DNA from: Calditrichaceae bacterium
Lineage (GTDB): Bacteria > Calditrichota > Calditrichia > Calditrichales > JBFXGD01
Assembly (NCBI GenBank): GCA_050178385.1
Contig: JBFXGD010000066.1
Location: 1-16,903 of the forward strand
Direction of reading: 5' to 3'
Length of the DNA: 16,903 bases
In this document: in pieces, positions 1-7,461 of the stretch
How positions within the stretch are numbered: the first letter of the stretch is position 1
How the letters are laid out: each line of letters opens with the position of its first letter
The notes under the pieces: generated by a model
What the model was told of the DNA's origin: nothing
Database searches by the model: none
What the model saw: the letters and a program-made list of their open reading frames with translations, nothing else
Program-made: the position numbers and the translations under genes

Positions 1-510
1 ACGGTAAAATTCTATTCCGGCAGATTCCAGCCGATCTTCCGATCGACCGCTGTTAATTCTGCGCTTCGATGCCATTGCAGGATCAATCTCAAGGTAGAAT
101 GTTATACCCGGCAGGATGTCAAAAGTTGCAGCCCTGTTGATATTTTTTATGATCCCGGGATCGATCTCCCGGCCATAACCCTGATATGCGGTCGTTGAGT
201 CAACATACCTGTCCGCTAAAACAAAATAACCTTTTTTTAACAGCGGAATAATTTTTTCAGTCAGCAATTGAACCCGGGCCGCGCTGTACAGGAACATTTC
301 CGCGCGCGAATCCATATTATCATGTTTAATATCCAGCAGCAAATCTCTTATTTTTTCGGAAATAACCGTTCCACCCGGTTCCCGCAATATATAAACCTGA
401 AAACCTTTGGTGTTCAGATAATTGTGTAAAAGTTCAATCTGAGTGGTCTTTCCTGAGAAATCTATTCCTTCAAAAGAAATAAAACGTGTCGTATCAAGCA
501 CTTTTTTCAT
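1..510 (-). CDS. tmk: Thymidylate kinase (dTMP kinase), 3' end outside the window
   Basis: Not in the ORF track. Manual translation from ATG at 510 gives MKKVLDTTRFISFEGIDFSGKTTQ...LREPGGT...FLYSAARVQ...LADRYVDSTTAYQGYGR...DRLE, with the P-loop, REPGG and DRY motifs. The frame is open to the window edge. Confidence 0.96.
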   Translation of the reverse strand, partial: MKKVLDTTRFISFEGIDFSGKTTQIELLHNYLNTKGFQVYILREPGGTVISEKIRDLLLDIKHDNMDSRAEMFLYSAARVQLLTEKIIPLLKKGYFVLADRYVDSTTAYQGYGREIDPGIIKNINRAATFDILPGITFYLEIDPAMASKRRINSGRSEDRLESAGIEFYR

Positions 511-511
511 A

Positions 512-1861
512 TTATCTTATCTTTTTCCAATTACCTCTGTTAAAACGCCAGTAATTAAGTACAAGCCTTCCCATTTCATCAATAATCTGAATAATCCAGA
601 GTCCCATCAGCTGCAGGCTGAACACAAAAGCCAGCAGATACGCCCCGCTTATTTCATTAATGATGACAGAGCCGATCGCCAGCCACATCAACCAATTCAG
701 ATCTGCTGCGCCTCGCAGATTTCCGGAATACACCGTATTCAGGGCCTTTGGCACCTGAAGAATAAGAAAAACAAGAATCAGCTTTTGTCCCATATTGATG
801 ACATTCTGATCAGTAGTAAATATTGAAACGATATCATCGGAAAATGGATAAATCACTAAAGCTATAATTATTACAAACACCATTGAGACAAGCGCGGTGA
901 TGCTGCCGCTTTTCCGTGCTTCAGCCATATTCTTCGCGCCGATATTTTTTCCGACCAGTGTCATTCCCGCCACACTAAATCCCCAGTTGATCATGCTCAA
1001 GACCGACTGAATCCGGACAAAAACCTGGTGCGTTGCTAATGCGGTCACGCTTATCCTTGCTGCAAAAAAGCTGAGAATAATCTGACCTATTGACCAGACA
1101 AACTGTTCTATTGTAGTTGGAATACCGATTTTGAATAATTTCTTAAATGTGCTGAGCTTCGGTTTGGCAATTTCCATCACGGCTAAAAACAGACTCGATT
1201 TTCGATTTCTGAGGTATATAAGTGTAATGATAAATCCGATACTGTGGGCAATACCCACAGCAAGAGCCGCGCCGAATGTTTCTAATCTCGGGAAACCAAA
1301 CAGACCGAAAATCAGCACCGCGTCGAGAGAAATATTTATGACAGCGATTATAAGACTGATGGTCATGGTGAGCATGGTGTCACCCACACCCCGCAGAATT
1401 CCGATAGCGATAAAGTTAGTGATTATTAAAGGAGCAAAGTAAGACACCGTCTTGATATATACTATGCCGTAGTTACGCGCAATTGTTCCTTCTTCTTTTA
1501 TCAGTACAAATAAAACAGGAACGATAAAATACCAGAAAAGCGCGATTAAAACAGAAAGAATAACCGCGATAAAAAGAGCCTGTCCCAAAATATGATTGGC
1601 ATTCCAACGGTCACCCGCCCCCAGATAACGAACTATGATGATGGAACTTCCTACAACAAATGTCAGAAGCACACTAAACGTCAGAACAATGAATTGCTGA
1701 GCGATCCCCACCCCGGCAAGAGCAAGCGCCGATAGCTGTCCGATAAAAATTGCTTCGATCAGCCAGGTAATTGTTTGCGCAGAGAGATCGACCACCGCCG
1801 GCAAGGATGTTTTTAGCACATCCTTAAGGGTGCTCGCTTTAGTATTTCGGGCAAAGTCCAT
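512..1861 (-). CDS. MATE-family multidrug/toxic compound efflux transporter (NorM/DinF-like)
   Basis: 449 aa, about 12 hydrophobic segments in two repeats. Motifs IGQLSALALAGVG, LRGVGDT, GKNIGAKN, LRGAAD. Stop is 1 nt before the tmk start. Confidence 0.92.
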   Translation of the reverse strand: MDFARNTKASTLKDVLKTSLPAVVDLSAQTITWLIEAIFIGQLSALALAGVGIAQQFIVLTFSVLLTFVVGSSIIIVRYLGAGDRWNANHILGQALFIAVILSVLIALFWYFIVPVLFVLIKEEGTIARNYGIVYIKTVSYFAPLIITNFIAIGILRGVGDTMLTMTISLIIAVINISLDAVLIFGLFGFPRLETFGAALAVGIAHSIGFIITLIYLRNRKSSLFLAVMEIAKPKLSTFKKLFKIGIPTTIEQFVWSIGQIILSFFAARISVTALATHQVFVRIQSVLSMINWGFSVAGMTLVGKNIGAKNMAEARKSGSITALVSMVFVIIIALVIYPFSDDIVSIFTTDQNVINMGQKLILVFLILQVPKALNTVYSGNLRGAADLNWLMWLAIGSVIINEISGAYLLAFVFSLQLMGLWIIQIIDEMGRLVLNYWRFNRGNWKKIR

Positions 1862-2041
1862 TGGCCTGGTTCTTTTTGAAACTTACCATCATCAATCATC
1901 CAATCTAATATTCTAACGGATCCTTTTGACCAGAAAGATCCAATCCTTGATAGCTCGCGTTATCAGGCGAAGATACCACCCTGAAATATATTGTAATTAT
2001 AATAATCACAATACTACAAAATACATAACAAATTTTTACTA

Positions 2042-2097
2042 AATGAAAAGAAACGGTACAAAGATATTGTGATTTTCACCCATACTTTGTACCGTTT
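2042..2097 (-). terminator. Intrinsic terminator downstream of ino1
   Basis: 13-bp inverted repeat AAACGGTACAAAG (2051-2063) / CTTTGTACCGTTT (2085-2097). On the - strand the stem ends in TTT followed by CTTTTCATTT, starting about 35 nt after the ino1 stop. Confidence 0.8.
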
Positions 2098-2131
2098 TAC
2101 TATTTTGCGAAAGCTTCAGAACAAGTGATGA

Positions 2132-3451
2132 TTATTTGTAATAATCAAGTCCCAGGTGGGTGATCTGTTCTTCGCCTGCCATGACGCGCAGGGTATTTTT
2201 AAGTTTCATCATCTGAATAAACAAATCATGTTCCGGATAAAGATTTGGCGCATGGATCGGACTCTTGAAGTAGAAAGACAACCATTCCTGAATTCCCTTA
2301 AATCCGGACCGGCTTGCAAGATCCAGGAACAATACGAGATCCAGCACGATCGGAGCCGCCAGAATACTGTCACGGCAGAGAAAATCAACTTTGATCTGCA
2401 TTGGGTAACCAAGCCAGCCAAAAATATCAATATTATCCCAGCCTTCTTTGTTATCTTTGCGGGGCGGATAGTAATTTATGCGAACTTTATGATATAAATC
2501 TTTGTAAAGTTCAGGATAAAGTTTTGGCTGAAGAATCTGATCAAGTACAGAAAGTTTGCTTTCTTCTTTTGTTTTGAATGATTCCGGATCGTCCAATACT
2601 TCACCATCGCGGTTTCCAAGAATATTTGTAGAAAACCAACCGTCAACTCCCAACATTCTTGCTTTGAGTCCGGGTGCTATGATCGTTTTCATCAGTGTCT
2701 GGCCTGTTTTGAAATCCTTACCGGTCAATGGAACACCCATTTCGTCCGCGAACTGATACATAGCCGGAACATCTGCCGACAAATTAGGAGCGCCATTAGC
2801 ATAAGGCACGCCTTCAGCAATCGCCGCCCATGCGTAAATCATGCTCGGAGCGATATCTTTGTGATTCTCACGCATACCTTTTTCGAATGATTCTATTGTA
2901 GCGTGTACTTCGCTTGTTTTCATGAAGATTTCAGTACTGCCCGTCCAGATCATTACCAAACGATCCAGCTTGTGTTCTGCTTTGAAATTCCGGATATCTT
3001 CACGAACCATCTGATACAGGTCATACTTTGTCGGAGCCTTTTTAACGTGAGGTCCATCCAGCTTTTTTACATAATTCCGGTCAAAAACCGCTTTCATTGG
3101 TTTTATTGACGAGAGTTCATCTTTTAATTGATCTAAAAGAGATTTTTCAAGCACGCCCGCATTTACAGCTGATTCATACGCATTGTCCTCAAACAAATCC
3201 CATGCTCCGAAATACAAATCATCCAGTTCTGTTAGAGGGATCATTTCCTTTATCAAAGGATTTCTGTCCTCATCACGCCTTCCGAGACGGATATGATTAA
3301 GCTGCGTCAAAGAACCGATCGGTTTGCCCAATCCTTTCCTGACAGCCATCACACCGGCTATAAACGTAGTACTTACGGCTCCCAGTCCCGGTGTCAGAAC
3401 TCCGACCCGACCCTTTACATCTTCAATTTTGACATTTTTTATATCACTCAT
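2132..3451 (-). CDS. ino1: myo-inositol-1(3)-phosphate synthase (MIPS)
   Basis: 439 aa. Rossmann GLGAVSTT, YANGAP, GKDFKTGQTLMK, STNILGNRDG, CRDSILAAP and SFYFKSP motifs. GGAGG RBS. ATGA overlap with the upstream gene. Confidence 0.96.
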   Translation of the reverse strand: MSDIKNVKIEDVKGRVGVLTPGLGAVSTTFIAGVMAVRKGLGKPIGSLTQLNHIRLGRRDEDRNPLIKEMIPLTELDDLYFGAWDLFEDNAYESAVNAGVLEKSLLDQLKDELSSIKPMKAVFDRNYVKKLDGPHVKKAPTKYDLYQMVREDIRNFKAEHKLDRLVMIWTGSTEIFMKTSEVHATIESFEKGMRENHKDIAPSMIYAWAAIAEGVPYANGAPNLSADVPAMYQFADEMGVPLTGKDFKTGQTLMKTIIAPGLKARMLGVDGWFSTNILGNRDGEVLDDPESFKTKEESKLSVLDQILQPKLYPELYKDLYHKVRINYYPPRKDNKEGWDNIDIFGWLGYPMQIKVDFLCRDSILAAPIVLDLVLFLDLASRSGFKGIQEWLSFYFKSPIHAPNLYPEHDLFIQMMKLKNTLRVMAGEEQITHLGLDYYK

Positions 3452-4110
3452 CTTTCCTCCTGTCGTGATTGCACTCTGTCTTGTGCGTATACGTAAAACA
3501 TTCGTTGAATAGCAGTATAATTAGCAAAAATAGCGACAGCCCATATTGCGATTTCCAGTAATGTAACATTAAAACCATTTAGTTCAAACAGGGTAAAATG
3601 AAATAATGCTCCAAGACCGATAAACACAACCCGTTCCGGACGCTGCATCATTCCAACTTTCGCGTCAAATCCAAGTCCCTCCGCCCGGGCGCGAATGTAG
3701 CTCACCATCGTTGATCCCCCCAAGGCAATAAAGGTCATGACGGAAAGCAAATAATTATCTCCTCGCACATAGTACGCGGCAATTCCAAAAAACATGATCA
3801 CTTCCGAATAGCGGTCAATACTCGAATCAAATAACGCGCCGAATTTGGTTTCCCTTCCCGAAGTACGGGCAAGTTTACCGTCAATGATATCACAAATACC
3901 ACCAAGCAGGACTAATCCCCCTGCCAGTGAAACCAGGTTAGGGCGCAACAAAATCACTACCGCGCCTGACGTTGTGATTAACAGGCCCAAAACAGTAAAT
4001 GTATTCGGGTTAAAATTCCATTTTGTGAAGAGCCTGACTAATGGATTCAACAATCCCACAAATCCGTCCTGAATCCATTTTGGCAAAAAACTTTTACTCT
4101 TCTCGCTCAT
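3448..4110 (-). CDS. CDP-alcohol phosphatidyltransferase, phosphatidylinositol-phosphate synthase (PIPS/PgsA1)-like
   Basis: Signature DIIDGKLAR-x7-GALFDSSID, plus PIPS-like SYIRARAE, RPER and TAIQR segments. Start reassigned from 4143 to ATG at 4110 (MSEKSKS), which has an AAGGAAG RBS and only a 17-nt overlap with rsmI. Confidence 0.88.
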   Translation of the reverse strand: MSEKSKSFLPKWIQDGFVGLLNPLVRLFTKWNFNPNTFTVLGLLITTSGAVVILLRPNLVSLAGGLVLLGGICDIIDGKLARTSGRETKFGALFDSSIDRYSEVIMFFGIAAYYVRGDNYLLSVMTFIALGGSTMVSYIRARAEGLGFDAKVGMMQRPERVVFIGLGALFHFTLFELNGFNVTLLEIAIWAVAIFANYTAIQRMFYVYAQDRVQSRQEER

Positions 4111-4810
4111 TCTTGCTTCCTTTTTTTTCACTTTGGCCTTCAATTAAAAGCACAAGCTCCCCTTTTACTTTTGATGCTTCCAGATGTTCCGACAATTCGC
4201 TTAACAGCCCTCGATAAAACTCTTCAAATTTTTTGGTAATTTCCCGGGCTAAAACACAATTACGGTCACCGAAATAATGCAAAAATTCGCCGACTGTTTT
4301 TTTTATTCTGTGCGGGGATTCATAAATTATTAATGTTCTTGACTCATTTTTAAGACTCTCAAACCGGGTCTTTCTGCCTTTCTTAACAGGAAGAAATCCT
4401 TCATACACAAACTTATTTGTTGACAATCCCGATACCACAAGCGCTCCCAAAATGGCCGAAGCGCCCGGAATGGGAATAATTCTTATATGGTTTTCAATGC
4501 ACGATCTCACCAGCTGATATGCCGGATCAGAAATTCCCGGCGTACCGGCGTCAGAAATCAATGCAATGGAATTCCCGTCTAATAATTTTTCGACTAATTT
4601 TGGCGTTGCCCGCTCAAGATTATAACTGTGATAGCTGGTTGTGGGTGTCTTAATTCCATAATTTCTCAGCAAAATGCCCGATTTCCTGGTATCTTCAGCG
4701 GCGATCAGATGAACCCCATTTAAAATATGGACCGCGCGATATGTGATATCAGCAAGATTACCGATCGGCGTCGAGACAAGATACAACGCCCCATTAACAA
4801 TTTCTTCCAA
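4094..4810 (-). CDS. rsmI: 16S rRNA (cytidine1402-2'-O)-methyltransferase
   Basis: LYLVSTPIGNLADIT, AAEDTR, SDAGTPGISDP, YESPHR, REITKKFEE and KGE motifs. TTG start 3 nt after the nadE stop. Confidence 0.96.
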   Translation of the reverse strand: MEEIVNGALYLVSTPIGNLADITYRAVHILNGVHLIAAEDTRKSGILLRNYGIKTPTTSYHSYNLERATPKLVEKLLDGNSIALISDAGTPGISDPAYQLVRSCIENHIRIIPIPGASAILGALVVSGLSTNKFVYEGFLPVKKGRKTRFESLKNESRTLIIYESPHRIKKTVGEFLHYFGDRNCVLAREITKKFEEFYRGLLSELSEHLEASKVKGELVLLIEGQSEKKGSKNEREE

Positions 4811-4813
4811 TTT

Positions 4814-5629
4814 TTATACGCCCCAGTCACGGCAGTAACGAAAATCTTGATTTATCGTTCTGTTTGTTAGTTTCGCGATAACCGGAGGACGCCGTTTAAA
4901 TTGATTTCTTTGAATCCGTTTCCGGATATCATCAATCATCTCTTTCGGATAACCCTCATCGACAATCAACTGATCGGGATAACGCTGGTCGATCATGAAA
5001 TGGAGCATGCGGTCCAATTCCTGATATGTGTACCCCAGTTCGTCTTCATCGGTCTGTCCCGCCCAGAGATCGGCCGAAGGCGCTTTTTTTATAATCACAT
5101 CCGGAATTTTGAGGTATTCAGCAAGTTCCCAGATTTGAGATTTATACAAATCACCGATCGGATTGATGGCGCTCGCCAGATCACCAAAAATTGTCCCGTA
5201 CCCTAACAGCAGTTCTGTTTTGTTACTCGTACCGATTACCAGCGCGCCGTTCTTTGCCGAATAATCATATAACAGACTCATTCGTTCCCGGGCCATTTTA
5301 TTGCCCTGACGAAGAGCCGATGCCTTGGGCTCATCTTTAAAAAACGCATCCACCATGGGTGAAATATCAATGACAGCGAATGATATATTAATTTGTGAGA
5401 CCAATAATTCTGCGTGTTGCTGACTTTCCGGATTACTCTTACGATAGGGCATGATTAAAGCATGAACATTTTCAGGCCCGATTGCTTTAGCAAGCAAAGC
5501 GGCGACAACTGCTGAGTCCACTCCGCCGGACAACCCAAGCACAGCTTTATGGACACCGATCTTATGCATCTCATCCTGGATGAAATGATCTAAAATGGTA
5601 TTTACTAATTCCGCGTTAATATGAAGCAT
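4814..5629 (-). CDS. nadE: NAD+ synthetase, single domain (no fused glutaminase)
   Basis: 271 aa. LGLSGGVDS PP-loop, GNKMARERM, GTSNKTE, GDLYK, PSADLWAGQTDE and FKRRPP motifs. Confidence 0.96.
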   Translation of the reverse strand: MLHINAELVNTILDHFIQDEMHKIGVHKAVLGLSGGVDSAVVAALLAKAIGPENVHALIMPYRKSNPESQQHAELLVSQINISFAVIDISPMVDAFFKDEPKASALRQGNKMARERMSLLYDYSAKNGALVIGTSNKTELLLGYGTIFGDLASAINPIGDLYKSQIWELAEYLKIPDVIIKKAPSADLWAGQTDEDELGYTYQELDRMLHFMIDQRYPDQLIVDEGYPKEMIDDIRKRIQRNQFKRRPPVIAKLTNRTINQDFRYCRDWGV

Positions 5630-5762
5630 TCCAACTATTTTCTGGTAAAATTAAACATTGTAAAATATAAGCAGGAAATACCCGATTATAAAAATTTTTT
5701 TTCCGGTCGAATATTTTATAAATATTCAAATTAGAATTATAAGTTAAATAAAATTAGGCCAT

Positions 5763-5801
5763 AAAAAAACAGCCTTGTTGAAATCATGATCAACAAGGCT
5801 G
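5763..5801 (-). terminator. Intrinsic terminator downstream of lat
   Basis: 12-bp stem CAGCCTTGTTGA (5770-5781) / TCAACAAGGCTG (5790-5801) followed by T7 on the - strand, 20 nt after the lat stop. Confidence 0.88.
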
Positions 5802-5821
5802 ATATTGAATCAATAATATTT

Positions 5822-7183
5822 TTAATTAAGAACGGCGAATATCTGCTCAAGTGTTTTGGTCACTATCGAAACCGCGTCGTCAATGACATCATTTGTCACA
5901 TTTAAAGCCGGTCTGAAACGCACTGATCTATCACCGCATTTCAGAATAATCAATCCGTTTTCCTGGGCTTTCTTAATAAACCGGTTTCTGGTTTCCGTGT
6001 CAGCCAGATCGAAGGAAAGCATTAAGCCTTTGCCACGAACATTTGTGACCAATCCATCAAATTCAACCGACAGATCGTGGAGTTTTTCTTTTAGATATGC
6101 TCCCTTCTCAGCAGCATTACGGACCAGATCCTCATCGCGGATGACTTCCAGATATCTTTGACTGCGGACCATATCGGTCAAATTACCGCCCCACGTGGAA
6201 TTAATCCTGCTGGATACACGGAATACATTATCCGTAACCATATCAATTCGGTCACTGCTCATAAATCCGCAAATCTGGGTTTTTTTCCCGAAACAGATCA
6301 TATCCGGTCTAACATCGTACCATTCATGCGCCCACATTTTACCCGTTAAGCCCATCCCCGACTGAACTTCGTCAACGATGAACATAAATTCGTACTGATC
6401 CGCCAGCCTGCGCAGTTCCTTAAAAAATTCGGGCCGGAAATGATTGTCGCCGCCTTCACCCTGAACGGGTTCGATTATCAGCGCCGCGATATCATGCGGA
6501 TTATTTTTCACCGCTTCTTCAATCTCCCGGACAGCCTGTTTTTCGAGATTTATCACATTATTGAGCACCTCATCTGTCACCGGGAACTGAAGGAAAGGCG
6601 ATGTTATCCTCGGCCATTTAAATTTGGGAAAATATTTAACCTTATTTGGATCAAAGGTATTTGTCAGACTAAGCGTATATCCGCTTCGTCCATGAAACGC
6701 CTTTTTAAAATGAATGACCTGATATCCTTTTTCTTCACCGAGACCGCGCTCTTTATTCAATCGCACTTTCCAGTCAAAAGCAGCTTTTAACGCGTTTTCT
6801 ACCGCCAACGCTCCACCATCAACAAAAAACAGGTGCTTCATGTAATCGGGTTTTACGACTTTGCTGAATGTTTCCACAAAGGCAGCCATTTCTGTTGTAT
6901 AAAGATCTGAATTCGACGGTTTATTAATCGCCGCGCGCTTTAATCTTTCGAGAAACTCATCGTCCAGCAAGCCATCGGGATTATGACCGAGCGGAGCTGA
7001 TGCGAAGTAGGTAAAAAAATCGATGTACTTTTTACCGGTTGTTTTATCAACCAGATAACTGTCTTTACTCTTGTCAAGATCAACCACAAAATCAAATCCA
7101 TCGATCAGCATATAATTCTTCAAGATCTCATGGACTCTGGAAGCTTCAATCATAGAACCAGTTCTTTTAAGTATCCGTTCCAT
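5822..7183 (-). CDS. lat: L-lysine 6-transaminase (class III PLP aminotransferase)
   Basis: GALAVENALK, AFHGRSGYTLSLTNT, EPVQGEGGD, DEVQSG, GKKTQ (PLP lysine) and STWGGNLTDMVR, all characteristic of LAT. GGAG RBS at 7191-7194. Confidence 0.92.
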   Translation of the reverse strand: MERILKRTGSMIEASRVHEILKNYMLIDGFDFVVDLDKSKDSYLVDKTTGKKYIDFFTYFASAPLGHNPDGLLDDEFLERLKRAAINKPSNSDLYTTEMAAFVETFSKVVKPDYMKHLFFVDGGALAVENALKAAFDWKVRLNKERGLGEEKGYQVIHFKKAFHGRSGYTLSLTNTFDPNKVKYFPKFKWPRITSPFLQFPVTDEVLNNVINLEKQAVREIEEAVKNNPHDIAALIIEPVQGEGGDNHFRPEFFKELRRLADQYEFMFIVDEVQSGMGLTGKMWAHEWYDVRPDMICFGKKTQICGFMSSDRIDMVTDNVFRVSSRINSTWGGNLTDMVRSQRYLEVIRDEDLVRNAAEKGAYLKEKLHDLSVEFDGLVTNVRGKGLMLSFDLADTETRNRFIKKAQENGLIILKCGDRSVRFRPALNVTNDVIDDAVSIVTKTLEQIFAVLN

Positions 7184-7209
7184 TTCAATACTCCGAAAAT
7201 TTAGTTTAA

Positions 7210-7279
7210 TCTCAAGGTGTCTGCGTGAACCACAGCAATAAACGCGTTAACCGGAGCCAATTCCAGACACGTCTTGAAA
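7210..7279 (-). ncRNA. Candidate structured cis-regulatory element in the lat 5' leader
   Basis: Long stem UUUCAAG(AC)GUGUCUG...CAGACAC-CUUGAGA enclosing 40 nt, in a GC-richer island between promoter and RBS. No known family recognised. Confidence 0.35.
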
Positions 7280-7345
7280 TTTGATGTATATTTATGCCTT
7301 AAATTGAATTTATATAAATCAAGTATTTTTAATAACTTGCGTACA

Positions 7346-7374
7346 ATTATAATTAGAAATATATCAAAAGTCAA
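7346..7374 (-). promoter_or_regulatory. Sigma70-type promoter for lat
   Basis: TTGACT-17 nt-TATAAT on the - strand, near consensus. Implies a TSS near 7339 and a leader of about 155 nt. Confidence 0.8.
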
Positions 7375-7461
7375 CAAAATTAAACGAGTCTTCATATCCC
7401 TGTAAAATGTTTCAATTTTTTGACATGGTTAAGTTGAGATTCACCGCGATGAGGAATAAAT

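Noticed and set aside
512..1861. MATE as a flippase for the inositol lipid
   Set aside because: It is separated from ino1 by a terminator and 270 nt, is coupled to tmk, and has typical MATE rather than Wzx/MurJ motifs.
4111..4143. Longer TTG start for the CDP-alcohol phosphotransferase
   Set aside because: It would overlap rsmI by 50 nt. The ATG at 4110 has an RBS.
443..6790. Numerous short + strand ORFs (443-826, 1131-1442, 2156-2497, 4901-5206, 5856-6161, 6440-6790 and others)
   Set aside because: Antisense shadows of well-supported - strand genes, with no motifs or RBS.
7184..7345. Canonical lysine riboswitch, SRP RNA or 6S RNA in the lat leader
   Set aside because: The size and hallmark motifs (L-box multi-stem core, SRP GGAA loop with the CAGG/AGCA internal loop) are not present.
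7201..7395. 64-aa ORF upstream of lat (possible leader peptide)
   Set aside because: It starts upstream of and spans the near-consensus lat promoter, is low-complexity AT-rich sequence, and has no recognisable motif.
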